From the NCBI GenBank assembly GCA_036336695.1, contig JAYZFQ010000128.1, positions 6,962-70,961 of the forward strand: 64,000 bases of DNA. Direction: 5' to 3'. Both the position numbers and the translations under genes were made by a program. Shown one piece after another: positions 1-9,692 of the stretch. The notes below the pieces were generated by a model, which made no database searches, was not told the origin of the DNA, and worked only from the letters and a program-made list of their open reading frames with translations. The DNA is from Myxococcota bacterium (lineage in GTDB: Bacteria > Myxococcota_A > UBA9160 > SMWR01). Positions within the stretch are counted from its first letter, which is position 1; each line of letters opens with the position of its first letter.

Positions 1-712
1 CTTCGAAGCCGATCCAGACCGGGAGCCAGAGAACAAGGAGAGCCAGCACGAGGGAGGGGCCGAAGATCACGCGGCCGCGCTGGCCGGCGAACCGCACCGC
101 AAAGGCGCCCACGAGTCCGGACGCCATCCCCGACGTTCCGATGACCGGATCGGCGTGAAAAGGGTATTGGACGAAGAACGCACCGAGGCCGCCGAGGGCG
201 CCGGCGGCCAGCACACAGGTATGGACGGCCCCACCCCACGCGCTCTCCAGAACGCGACCCACGAGGACGAGAACCAGGAGGTTCCCGATGAGATGGATCA
301 GGTCGCCGTGGAAGAAGGCATGGGTGACGAAGGTGACGGGGTGTTGCTCCGTCGCCCGAGCGCCAAACCGGCGCGTCAGCTTCGCATCCAGGCGGGCTCC
401 GGCCGCGGCAACCATGCGGTCCAGGGCGTCCTGTTGCCGCGCGACGAGGCCCCGCGGCACGGGCAAACCGCCGCGCTCGATTGTCTCGCGCTCGAATTCG
501 CGTCGCAGGTGGCCGATCTGGTCAGGAGTCACGCGATTTTCCAGCAGCGGCGGCAGGCCGAGGTACGGGCGCTCCCGGAAGACACGGACCGCCGCGTTGA
601 GCTCGTTCCCGACCAGGGCGTCGGCTTCGATGGCTTCGAACTTGGCGTAGAAGAAGCCCAGGACGCAGAGCAGTACGAGCGCGTACGTGACCCACGGAAT
701 CCGCCGTTCCAT
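1..712 (-). CDS. rhomboid family intramembrane serine protease (3' end runs off the window)
   Basis: Hand translation of the minus strand from ATG at 712 gives MERRIPWVTYALVLLCVLGFFY... It contains the rhomboid motif HLIGN (HxxxN) and the catalytic GTSG. It is absent from the ORF track because there is no stop inside the window. Confidence 0.75.
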   Translation of the reverse strand, partial: MERRIPWVTYALVLLCVLGFFYAKFEAIEADALVGNELNAAVRVFRERPYLGLPPLLENRVTPDQIGHLRREFERETIERGGLPVPRGLVARQQDALDRMVAAAGARLDAKLTRRFGARATEQHPVTFVTHAFFHGDLIHLIGNLLVLVLVGRVLESAWGGAVHTCVLAAGALGGLGAFFVQYPFHADPVIGTSGMASGLVGAFAVRFAGQRGRVIFGPSLVLALLVLWLPVWIGFE

Positions 713-783
713 CCCATGGAAAACGGCAGAACGGGGTCGGAACTGTAGGGTCCGGCTCGGGAATCGCTAGACTCGCCGGCTGC

Positions 784-2760
784 ATGGAGTACCGGACGCT
801 TCGCCTGCTCGGGCTCGCCGCGACGGGTCTCGCGTGGGCCCTGGGCTGTGGGGCGGGCCCGGAAACGGGCCCCCAGGCCGAGACGGCGGAACCGTCTCCG
901 GCCAGCCCCCCGGAGGCGACGGCGTCGCCCTACGCGCCGGGCGCCCGTCCCGACGTCGTGGAGAACCTGCGGGAAACGGCCGAGCGCGAGCGCCACGCGT
1001 CCGATGGCGGGGGGCGTGGCTGGGTCGAGAGCACCAACCCGGAGAAGTTACGGGTGGGCGTCCCGGCGACGATCACCCTGGGTTACGAGGTCGGGCCCGA
1101 GGGCATCGCCGAGGGCGGCATGATCTTCCTCCAGGGTCCGCCCTTCTGGGGCTGGACGCCCCCCCAGGCCCACGCGCCGGACCTGCCGGGCTACACGACC
1201 CTGAAGACCGAGGCCGAAGGCGTCGAACTGCTGCCCAACACGGTCCCGGACCAGCAGGTCGTCGCCTTCGAAGTTGCGGGACGAAGCCTCGAACCGGGAG
1301 AGCGCCTGCGTTTCGTCTATGGCGCGGGATCGGCGGGAACGGGCGTCGACCGCTTCGCCGAGTCCGAATCGCCGATCTGGATCCTGGTCGACGGCGATGG
1401 CGACGGGTTTCGCAGGGCGATCCGCAACTCGCCGACGGTGCCGGTCCATCCCGGCCCGCCGGCACAACTCCTCGTCACGCTGCCGAGCGTCGCGCGCCCC
1501 GGAGAAGACGTTCGGGTGCACCTCGCCGTGCTCGATGCCGAGGGGAGCCGCGGTGTCGACTTCGAAGGAGAGGTCGCACTCCGCGTGGAGGGCACCGGCC
1601 TGAAAGTTCCGGAGCGCGTCGTCTTCGCCGCCGCCGACGCGGGGGTGAAGGTCTTCGGGGGCCAGGCGACGCAGCCCGGTACCGCCCGGCTCCACGCGAG
1701 CGGACCGAACGGCTTCGAAGCGACGAGCAACCCGCTGGTCGTGAGCGAGCAGGGGCCGCGCGTGCTGTGGGGAGACCTGCACGGACACTCGGTGTTCTCC
1801 GACGGCACGGGAACACCGGAGGACTACTACGCCTACGCCCGAGACGTGGCCGGTCTCGACATCGCCGCGCTCACGGACCACGACCACTGGGGCATGGAAC
1901 CCCTGGTGACCCACCCGGAACTCTGGGAGCGGATCCGAGCGGCGACCGAGCACTTCCATGCGCCCGGCCGCTTCGTCACACTGCTCGGCTTCGAATGGAC
2001 GAGCTGGCTCTACGGACACCGTCACGTCCTCTATTTCGACGAAGAGGGCAGCGTGATCGATTCCGTGGCACTGGGATCGCAGTCGCCGCAAGAACTGTGG
2101 AAGGCCCTCGAGGGAACCCGCGCGCTCACCTTCGCCCACCATTCGGCCGGCGGTCCGATCGCGAACGACTGGCGAATCCCGCCGGACCCCCGCTTCGAAC
2201 CCGTGACCGAGATCGCCTCGGTCCACGGGAGCAGCGAGGCCATGGACTCCCCCCACGTGATCTACGACCCCGTCCCCGGCAACTTCGTCCGCGACGCCCT
2301 CGGCATGGGCTACCAGCTGGGCTTCATCGGCAGCGGCGACAGCCACGACGGCCATCCCGGACTCGCCCAGCTGGCCTCGACCACCGGGGGGCTCGCCGCG
2401 ATCCTGGCCGACGCGCCCACCCGGGAGGCGGTCCGCGAGGCGCTGGTCGCGCGGCGGGTCTACGCGACCAACGGCCCCCGTATCCTGCTCCGCGCCGCGC
2501 TCGGCTCGGCACGCATGGGAGAAACACTCCCGGCCCCCGACGGGGCTCTCGACCTCTACGTCAACGTCGCGGCGCCGGGACCCCTCGCGCACCTCGACGT
2601 CATCCGCTCCGGCGAAGTCGCCCGCCTGGCGCTCGAGAACGACCTCGAGGCCACGGTCCACCTGGAGATCTCCGGCTTGCAGTCCGGCGAGTGGCTCTAC
2701 GTGCGCGCGGTCCAGGTCGACGGCGGCACCGCGTGGTCGAGCCCGTTCTTCATCGAGTAG
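784..2760 (+). CDS. lipoprotein with PHP/DUF3604-type metal-dependent phosphoesterase domain
   Basis: 658-aa ORF with a signal peptide and lipobox (LAWALGC). It has a His/Asp cluster: LWGDLHGHSVFSDGTG, LTDHDHW, HHSAGG, GSGDSHDGHPG. Confidence 0.8.
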   Translation: MEYRTLRLLGLAATGLAWALGCGAGPETGPQAETAEPSPASPPEATASPYAPGARPDVVENLRETAERERHASDGGGRGWVESTNPEKLRVGVPATITLGYEVGPEGIAEGGMIFLQGPPFWGWTPPQAHAPDLPGYTTLKTEAEGVELLPNTVPDQQVVAFEVAGRSLEPGERLRFVYGAGSAGTGVDRFAESESPIWILVDGDGDGFRRAIRNSPTVPVHPGPPAQLLVTLPSVARPGEDVRVHLAVLDAEGSRGVDFEGEVALRVEGTGLKVPERVVFAAADAGVKVFGGQATQPGTARLHASGPNGFEATSNPLVVSEQGPRVLWGDLHGHSVFSDGTGTPEDYYAYARDVAGLDIAALTDHDHWGMEPLVTHPELWERIRAATEHFHAPGRFVTLLGFEWTSWLYGHRHVLYFDEEGSVIDSVALGSQSPQELWKALEGTRALTFAHHSAGGPIANDWRIPPDPRFEPVTEIASVHGSSEAMDSPHVIYDPVPGNFVRDALGMGYQLGFIGSGDSHDGHPGLAQLASTTGGLAAILADAPTREAVREALVARRVYATNGPRILLRAALGSARMGETLPAPDGALDLYVNVAAPGPLAHLDVIRSGEVARLALENDLEATVHLEISGLQSGEWLYVRAVQVDGGTAWSSPFFIE

Positions 2761-2829
2761 CCGCCGCCGAAACGCGACGATCCGCCGAGAAGACACGGAA
2801 AGCCCTTTCCAGAAACAAGGAGGAACGAC

Positions 2830-3219
2830 ATGACAACCGCCCTCGTCTGCATCGCACTACTCGGACTCTTGCTCTTCGGACTCGGCCTCGGGGTTTCCTG
2901 GACCCGCGGGCGCACCCAGCAGGTGATCGGCGCCCCCGACGATCCGACGAGCGCACTGCTGAAGGCCGTCCGGGCCCACGGCAACACGACCGAATTCGCC
3001 CCGATGCTGGCAATCCTCATCCTGCTCGTCGGAATGCGCGATCCGGCGGCGTGGGTCGTCTGGACCATGGCCATCGCCACGCTCAGCCGGTACCTGATCG
3101 CAATCGGCATCCTCGCGTCGCCGACCCTGGAACGGCCGCATCCCCTCCGCGCCCTCGGGGCCCTCGGCACCTACGTCACCGGAGTGATGCTCTGCGTGGC
3201 GCTGCTGATGAGCCTCTGA
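2830..3219 (+). CDS. MAPEG family membrane protein (glutathione-transferase-like)
   Basis: 129-aa hydrophobic ORF with the motif RAHGNTTEFAP. AAGGAGG Shine-Dalgarno sequence upstream. Confidence 0.75.
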   Translation: MTTALVCIALLGLLLFGLGLGVSWTRGRTQQVIGAPDDPTSALLKAVRAHGNTTEFAPMLAILILLVGMRDPAAWVVWTMAIATLSRYLIAIGILASPTLERPHPLRALGALGTYVTGVMLCVALLMSL

Positions 3220-3240
3220 TCGCGCGCGAAGGTCCTGGAA

Positions 3241-4602
3241 CTAGAACTCGGCGGATCCCGGCGTCCGGGGAAAGGGAATGACGTCCCGGATGTTGGCCAT
3301 CCCGGTGACGAACTGCACGAGCCGCTCGAAGCCCAGGCCGAACCCCGCGTGGGGCACGGAACCGTGGCGGCGGAGGTCGAGATACCAGCCGTAGTCGGCG
3401 GAGGAAAGCCCCGCTTCCGTCATGCAGCGCTCCAGCACGTCGCGCCGGTGCTCACGCTGCGAACCGCCGACGATCTCGCCGACACCGGGAACCAACACGT
3501 CCATCGCGCGGACCGTGCGGTCGTCGTCGTTGCGATACATGTAAAAGGCCTTGATGCCCTTGGGGTAGTCGGTGACGACGACGGGTCGCTTCACGTGCTC
3601 CTCGGCGAGAAACCGCTCGTGCTCGCTCTGGAGGTCGGCCCCCCACTGCACCGGAAACTCGAAATCCTTGCCGCTGCCCGCGAGGATCTCGACGGCCTCG
3701 GTGTAGGTGAGCCTTTCGAAGGGCGAGTCGACCACGTGCTGGAGGTTGTCGAGGATTCCCGGGGCGATGCGCTTGTCGAAGAACGCCATGTCATCGGGGC
3801 ACGCCTCGAGGACGGCGCCGATCACGTGCTTCAGGAAGGCTTCGGCGACGTCGGCGTTCCCGCGTAGATCGCAGAACGCCATCTCCGGCTCCACCATCCA
3901 GAACTCGGCCAGGTGACGACTCGTATTCGAGTTCTCGGCCCGGAAGGTCGGACCGAAGGTGTAGACGTTTCCGAGGGCCAGGGCGCCGATCTCCGCCTCG
4001 AGCTGCCCGGAAACCGTGAGAAACGTCTCGCGCCCGAAGAAGTCGTCGGCGAAGTCCGCCTCACCGGCAGGCAGGGTGCTGACGCGGAACATCTCGCCCG
4101 CCCCCTCGGCGTCGAGCGCGGTGATGATCGGCGTGTGGAGCCAGGCGAAGCCGCGTTCCTGGAAGAAGCCGTGGATCGCCCGCGCGGCGGCGTTGCGCAC
4201 GCGGAGGACGGCGCCAATGGTGTTGGTGCGCGGCCTGAGGTGGGCGATGGTGCGCAGGAATTCGAAGGAGTGCCGCTTCTTCTGCAGCGGGTAATCGTCT
4301 TCCGCCTCGCCCACGACCGTGACGCGCGAGGCCTGCAGTTCATACCGCTGCCCCTGCCCCGGCGAATCCACGAGCTCGCCTTCTACATCGACGGCCCAGC
4401 CCGTACCGACGCGGCGAAGCTCTTGTTCGTAGTTCTCGAGCTCGGGAGGCACCACCACCTGGAGGCCGTCGAAGCTCGAGCCGTCCGAGACTTCGAGAAA
4501 ACTCACCCCCTTCGAGTGGCGCGCCGTCTTCACCCAGCCCTGGACACGCGCCGTGCCGCCGGCTTCGGGACGCGCCACGATCTCCCGGACCGATTCGCTC
4601 AA
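3241..4602 (-). CDS. asnS: asparagine--tRNA ligase
   Basis: The C-terminal 453 aa of ORF 3241..5622 carry class IIb aaRS motifs ([36 protein letters not shown]). TTG start at 4602 is preceded by GGAGG and overlaps the upstream stop. Confidence 0.93.
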   Translation of the reverse strand: MSESVREIVARPEAGGTARVQGWVKTARHSKGVSFLEVSDGSSFDGLQVVVPPELENYEQELRRVGTGWAVDVEGELVDSPGQGQRYELQASRVTVVGEAEDDYPLQKKRHSFEFLRTIAHLRPRTNTIGAVLRVRNAAARAIHGFFQERGFAWLHTPIITALDAEGAGEMFRVSTLPAGEADFADDFFGRETFLTVSGQLEAEIGALALGNVYTFGPTFRAENSNTSRHLAEFWMVEPEMAFCDLRGNADVAEAFLKHVIGAVLEACPDDMAFFDKRIAPGILDNLQHVVDSPFERLTYTEAVEILAGSGKDFEFPVQWGADLQSEHERFLAEEHVKRPVVVTDYPKGIKAFYMYRNDDDRTVRAMDVLVPGVGEIVGGSQREHRRDVLERCMTEAGLSSADYGWYLDLRRHGSVPHAGFGLGFERLVQFVTGMANIRDVIPFPRTPGSAEF

Positions 4603-6035
4603 CCCCCCTCCGGCGTTCGGACCACGAGCAACCGCACTTCGGTCATGTCCTCCATCGCGAAGCGGATCCCTTCGCGTCCGATCCCGCTGTCCTTCACCCC
4701 ACCGTAGGGCATGTGATCCACCCGCCACGAAGGTACGTCGCCGACCACGACGCCGCCCACTTCCAGTTCGTCCCAGGCTCGTTGCGCCTTGTAGAGATCC
4801 CGGGTGAACACACCGGCCTGCAAGCCGAACACCGAGTCGTTCACTGCCGCGAGCGCCGCGTCGAAAGCTTCGTACTGCGACAACACCGCCACCGGGCCAA
4901 AGGCCTCCCGGCAGACCACGTCCTGGTCCCCCGGCACGTCTTCGAGCAGCGTCGCTTCGAGGAGCGCCCCCTCGCGGCCCCCGCCGCAGAGCAGGGTTGC
5001 GCCGGCAGCCACCGCCGCCTGGATCCAACTGTCGAGTCGCGCCGCTTCCTTCTCCGAGATCATGGGGCCGATGAACGTCTCCGGGTCCTTGGGATCGCCC
5101 ATCTGCAGCGCGCGGGTCGCGTCCAGCAGCAAGCTGCGGAATTCCCGGTACACCGATGCGTGGACCAGGACGCGCTGCACCCCGATGCAACTCTGTCCCG
5201 ACTGGTAGAAGGCTCCGAACACGATGCGTTCGACGGCATCCTGGAGGTCTGCGTCCGGCTCGACGACGACCGCCGCGTTCCCGCCCAGCTCGAGCACCAC
5301 CGGTTTCTTGCCGGCTCGGGCCTTGAGGTCCCAACCCACCTCGGGCGAACCGGTGAAGGACAGCAGTTTCAGTCGCTCGTCCGTGGTGAACAACTCGGCC
5401 CCGCTGCGCGGACACGGCAGGATCGAAAACGCGCCGCGGGGAAGATCCGTCTCTGCCAGGACTTCCCCGATGAGCAGGGCACCGATCGGCGTAAGGCTCG
5501 CCGGCTTGAGCACGAAGGGACACCCCACGGCCAGCGCCGGCGCCACCTTGTGGGCGGCAAGGTTCAGGGGAAAATTGAACGGCGCGATGAAGGAGCACGG
5601 TCCGATCGGAACCCGCTTCCACATGCCGTTGTAATTCCGCGCGCGTGGGCTGATGTCGAGCGGGAGCACCTCCCCGGTCATCCGCACCGACTCTTCGGCC
5701 GCGATGCGAAAAGTGTCGATCAGCCGTCCGACCTCGCCCCGCGAATCCTTGATCGGCTTGCCGGCCTCGATGCAGAGCGCGAGGGCGAGTTCCTCGGCGC
5801 GCTCGGTGAACCGCGCGACGCAGTGCTGGAGCACCGCCTGTCGCTCGTAGGCAGCCATCCCGCGCATCGGCGCCGCCGCTTCCACCGCGAGCCCGATCGC
5901 CCGGTCGATGGCCGCGGTGTCGGCGAGCGCCACTCGGGTCGCCACCTCCCCCGTGAACTTGTCCGTGACCTCCAGGTCCCGGTTCGGCGCCTCGGGGGCA
6001 TTGGCCAGGTAGTACGGGTAGTTCTCGCGAAGCAT
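4599..6035 (-). CDS. NAD(P)-dependent aldehyde dehydrogenase
   Basis: ORF 4599..6080 has [14 protein letters not shown] and the catalytic Cys context SGQSCIG. The start is taken at M16 (6035), which is preceded by GAGGGAG. Confidence 0.9.
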   Translation of the reverse strand: MLRENYPYYLANAPEAPNRDLEVTDKFTGEVATRVALADTAAIDRAIGLAVEAAAPMRGMAAYERQAVLQHCVARFTERAEELALALCIEAGKPIKDSRGEVGRLIDTFRIAAEESVRMTGEVLPLDISPRARNYNGMWKRVPIGPCSFIAPFNFPLNLAAHKVAPALAVGCPFVLKPASLTPIGALLIGEVLAETDLPRGAFSILPCPRSGAELFTTDERLKLLSFTGSPEVGWDLKARAGKKPVVLELGGNAAVVVEPDADLQDAVERIVFGAFYQSGQSCIGVQRVLVHASVYREFRSLLLDATRALQMGDPKDPETFIGPMISEKEAARLDSWIQAAVAAGATLLCGGGREGALLEATLLEDVPGDQDVVCREAFGPVAVLSQYEAFDAALAAVNDSVFGLQAGVFTRDLYKAQRAWDELEVGGVVVGDVPSWRVDHMPYGGVKDSGIGREGIRFAMEDMTEVRLLVVRTPEGG

Positions 6036-6086
6036 GGCACTCCCTCGCGCCGAATTATCCCACACGGCGCGGGCCCGCAACGATCT

Positions 6087-9000
6087 TCAGGTCGAGACCT
6101 CCCGAATCCGACCCGCATCGAGGAACCAGAGTTCGAAACGCGGGGGCTCGGGCAGCCCCAGCGCGCCCTGCACCGCACGCACGTAGCCCGCACCCTGGGC
6201 GGCGTAATGCTCCGCCCGCTCCTCGAGCGCCGCGTCGTCGTCGAGGCGGTCGGTCTTGTAGTCGGCCACCACGTAGGCGCCGGACTGGGGGTCGCGATAG
6301 AGGAGATCGACGGCGCCGGCGAGGAAACCCACCGGCCCCTCGTCCCGCCGCGCTTCCGGAGGCAGCAGCACGGGCAACTCGCGCGCGACCACGTGGGGCG
6401 CGATCTCGCGCAGCCGTTCCAGCAACGGCCCTCCCGCCAGCGCTTCGAGGAGTTCGCCGGCGCGCTCCCGGGCGGCGCGCCGTTCGGCGCTGGAAAGCGC
6501 CGGGTCGAGCCGCTCGTCGATTTCCGCCACCGCGGCGGAAAGGCCCCCCACGAGGTCGGCGGTGAGGTCGAGGGTCTCGAGAACCTGGTGCACCGCCGTC
6601 CCGACAGCGGCGGCGGCCCGGGGCGCAGCGCGGGGCGAGAGTTCGCCCCGGTCGTCTTCGTGCCCCTCGTCGACGGCGCCGCGCTCCCGCGCTTCCTCCA
6701 GCCATGCCTCGTGGGCTGTCGCCGAAACGCTGGCGCGGAACCGCCGGGCGCCGCGTGCGGCCGCTTGGGCACGCCGCGCATCGAGCGCGTCGGACATGCG
6801 GCGAACCGCAGCTACCGCGTAGAGCGGCTTGCGGCGGGGTTGCGCCCGGCGCTCGGTTTCCACTGCAAGCGCCGGGAAACGCCAGCGCGCAGACACCGCG
6901 TCCACCCACGTCTCCCCCGCGCCGGACAGCCGCTGCATTTCCGCCGCGCGATCGGGGAGGCCCTCGATGCGCTCGGCGAGCAGGGCCGCGTGGCTCGTGT
7001 CCGTCCGCCGGCTCGCCTTCTCCGGGTGAACGCCCGCGAGCACGAGCCTGCGGCGTGCCCGGGTCGCGGCGACGTAGAGCGTGCGCACCCTTTCCGCTCG
7101 TTCGACGGCCGCCCGGCGCGCCTGGAGCTCGTCGTAGTCGAGAGTACGAGCCCCCGCGAGTTCGAACTCGAACCGACCGGCCAGCGCCTCGGCGCGCGGC
7201 GCCCCCCTGGACCCGCTGCCCTTGTGCAGCTGGAGCACGTACACGTGGTCGAAGTCGAGACCCTTCGCCCGGTGGATCGTCATCACCCGGACCGCGTCCT
7301 CGATGGCTTCGCGGGGGCGTCCCTCTTCGGCTTCGCGCCCGCTCGCGATGTCCTCGCGCAGCGAACGGAGCACCGCCTGGGGGTCGCCCTCGCCATCCCG
7401 CAACGCGTGGGAAAGGTCGCGGAAGAAGCGATCCAGGTTGGCGAGCCGGTACGCCCCGAGATGCCGCGCCGACTCGGTGACTTCGAACAGGAAGAACCGA
7501 CGCAGCTTCTCCACGAAGACATCGACCCCATCGGCATCGAACGCGGCGCGCAGGGTGCCCAGGGCCCAGGCCGCGTCGCGGAGGTTGTCCGTCCAGCCCG
7601 CGACCCGCTCGATCCCCGGGATGTCGCCGGGAAGCTGGGCCTGGACGCGGTCCAAGAGCGCGACCAGGGCGGCGAGGCGCTCGGCATCGTCGCCCGTCAG
7701 CTCTCCCATGCGCCGGGGCAGCGCGCCGTCCCAGAGCGGGATCAGGGCGGCGTCGGGCACCCCCACCACCGAGGACCGGAGAAAGGTGAGCAGCGCCAGC
7801 TGGTCGTTCGGATCGAGGACACAGCGCACCATCGCGCCGGCTTCGATGATTTCGCGGCGCGAGAAGTAGTTCCGGTCGCCCTCGATCGCAAACGGCACGC
7901 CGGCACGACGCAACGCCGCAAGGTACGTCTCGAAGGCCGTACTCGCGCGAAAGAGCAGGCCGATGCGGTTCCACGCCGTCCCGGCCTCGTGGAGTGCGAC
8001 CAGGTCGGCAGCCACCGCTTCCGCTTCGAGCCGGTCGCCGCGCGGATTCGTGGTCTTTCGCGCCTCCCCATTCTCCGCATCCCAATCCCAGGAAACCCAG
8101 TGCTCGACCGGGGCGCGGCCGGCTTCCAGGGGCAGGTCTTCCGCCCCGGGCGACGCCAGCAATTCCACGAACGGGGGCTGGACCCCGGGCGACGCCTCCA
8201 TCACCCGGGGAAAGAGGCGAGAGACCTCGTCGAGCACTGCCGGCGTCGAGCGATAGTTGACGACCAGGGTCTCGACCCGCCCCCCGGCGCGCTGGAGTTC
8301 GGCGAGAAAGCCGTCGTAGGCGGCGAGGTCGGCGTTTCGCCAGCCGTAGATCGACTGCTTGGGGTCGCCGACGAGAAACAACCCGGGGCGATCTTCGACG
8401 GAGCCGTCGAAGGCGAGCCTGCGCAGGATGTCGCACTGCACCGGGTCGGTGTCCTGGAATTCGTCGACGAGCAGCTGGTCGATACCCGCGCGCACCGTGC
8501 GGCACACGCCCGGACTCGAGGTCAGCAGGTCACGGGTATCGCGAAGCAACGCCGCAAAGGTTTCGATGCCGCGCGCGCGCAGGGTGCCCGCCACCTCGGT
8601 GTACAGCGGCGCCAGGACCGCAAGGGTCGCGCGGAGCCGCACCGGGTCGAGGGACAGCAGGTGCGCGAGGAGTGGCGCAACCGGTCGGGCCAGGTCGACG
8701 AGCGCCTCCACATCCCCACCGAGCACCCCGTCGCCGCGCTTGCCGAAAGTCCCCTTCTTGACGCAATCCTTGAGCGCCGCGACGGAGGTGCGCGAAAGAC
8801 CGTCTTCGGGGAGGCCGGCGGCGAGCGCTTCCAGGGAATCGAAGCCCGCGCCGCGCCCGGGAAGGCGGTCGGCGAGACTTGCAAGGCCGGCGGCTGCGCC
8901 CGAGAACCGCTTGGAAGCCTTTCCGAGGGCTGCGAGCCTCCCGCCTTCGAGATCAACGAACGCGCCGACCCGTTGCCGGACCCGGTCGAGAAACCGCGCC

Positions 9001-9692
9001 ACGCGCGCGTCGGACAGGATCTCCCCGGCATCGAGCGCACCAGGGGCAACGCCTCCCCGCACGAGCAGGAGAAGCGCGTCCTCCAGGTCGCCGGGGACGA
9101 CCCCGCGCCGCACCAGCTCGAGCAACGCATCGGAATTCTCGAAGAGCCCGGGCAGGGCAGACGCGAGCACCTCGCGCACCACGGCCTTTTGGCCGGACTC
9201 GTCGGCGTCGACGACGAAGCGCGGGTGCAGGCGCGCCTCGAGGGGATGTTCTGCCAGCAGGCGACGACAGAAAGAGTGGATGGTCTGGACCCGCAACTGG
9301 TCGAGGCCGGCGCGGAGCGCCGCGGCGCGCGCCGCGCGCACTTCGGGTCGATCCGGAAGCACAGCGACGTCGACACCCACGGGCACGTGCCCCGCTTCGA
9401 GCGCCGACAAGGCCGCGCCCACGCGTTCCGCCATTTCCGCCGCGGCGGCCTCGCCGAAGGTGATCGCCACCACGCGCCGGAGCACGCGCGCCGCGACCCG
9501 TTCCGGCTCGGCATCCGGGTCCGCGGCAACCGCCCGGCTCCAGCCGGGCCCCAGGCACCAGGCCACGACGCGCGCCACGAGTGCCGCCGTCTTGCCCGTA
9601 CCCGCCCCGGCTTCGAGGGCAACGGGCCGGGCGAACTCGGTCTGGGCGAGGGACCGGGCCCGGGCATCCTGGCTCCGCGCGTCGGCGGTCAT
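6087..9692 (-). CDS. addA: AddA-type UvrD/PcrA-like helicase with C-terminal PD-(D/E)xK nuclease
   Basis: Part of ORF 6087..10598 from MTADARS. It has Walker A GAGTGKT, DEFQDTD, VGDPKQSIYGWRNA, TIHRAKGL, LYVAATRAR and the nuclease motif VVADYKTD. Its ATG overlaps the addB stop (ATGA). Confidence 0.85.
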   Translation of the reverse strand: MTADARSQDARARSLAQTEFARPVALEAGAGTGKTAALVARVVAWCLGPGWSRAVAADPDAEPERVAARVLRRVVAITFGEAAAAEMAERVGAALSALEAGHVPVGVDVAVLPDRPEVRAARAAALRAGLDQLRVQTIHSFCRRLLAEHPLEARLHPRFVVDADESGQKAVVREVLASALPGLFENSDALLELVRRGVVPGDLEDALLLLVRGGVAPGALDAGEILSDARVARFLDRVRQRVGAFVDLEGGRLAALGKASKRFSGAAAGLASLADRLPGRGAGFDSLEALAAGLPEDGLSRTSVAALKDCVKKGTFGKRGDGVLGGDVEALVDLARPVAPLLAHLLSLDPVRLRATLAVLAPLYTEVAGTLRARGIETFAALLRDTRDLLTSSPGVCRTVRAGIDQLLVDEFQDTDPVQCDILRRLAFDGSVEDRPGLFLVGDPKQSIYGWRNADLAAYDGFLAELQRAGGRVETLVVNYRSTPAVLDEVSRLFPRVMEASPGVQPPFVELLASPGAEDLPLEAGRAPVEHWVSWDWDAENGEARKTTNPRGDRLEAEAVAADLVALHEAGTAWNRIGLLFRASTAFETYLAALRRAGVPFAIEGDRNYFSRREIIEAGAMVRCVLDPNDQLALLTFLRSSVVGVPDAALIPLWDGALPRRMGELTGDDAERLAALVALLDRVQAQLPGDIPGIERVAGWTDNLRDAAWALGTLRAAFDADGVDVFVEKLRRFFLFEVTESARHLGAYRLANLDRFFRDLSHALRDGEGDPQAVLRSLREDIASGREAEEGRPREAIEDAVRVMTIHRAKGLDFDHVYVLQLHKGSGSRGAPRAEALAGRFEFELAGARTLDYDELQARRAAVERAERVRTLYVAATRARRRLVLAGVHPEKASRRTDTSHAALLAERIEGLPDRAAEMQRLSGAGETWVDAVSARWRFPALAVETERRAQPRRKPLYAVAAVRRMSDALDARRAQAAARGARRFRASVSATAHEAWLEEARERGAVDEGHEDDRGELSPRAAPRAAAAVGTAVHQVLETLDLTADLVGGLSAAVAEIDERLDPALSSAERRAARERAGELLEALAGGPLLERLREIAPHVVARELPVLLPPEARRDEGPVGFLAGAVDLLYRDPQSGAYVVADYKTDRLDDDAALEERAEHYAAQGAGYVRAVQGALGLPEPPRFELWFLDAGRIREVST

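Noticed and set aside
3241-5622. The 793-aa version of the asnS ORF. Likewise the 688-aa ORF 58348..60414, the 848-aa ORF 59913..62459 and the 1503-aa ORF 6087..10598.
   Set aside because: Only the C-terminal portions show family similarity. The N-terminal extensions overlap the upstream same-strand genes in another frame and are Arg/Gly/Pro-rich. Internal starts with Shine-Dalgarno sequences were used instead.
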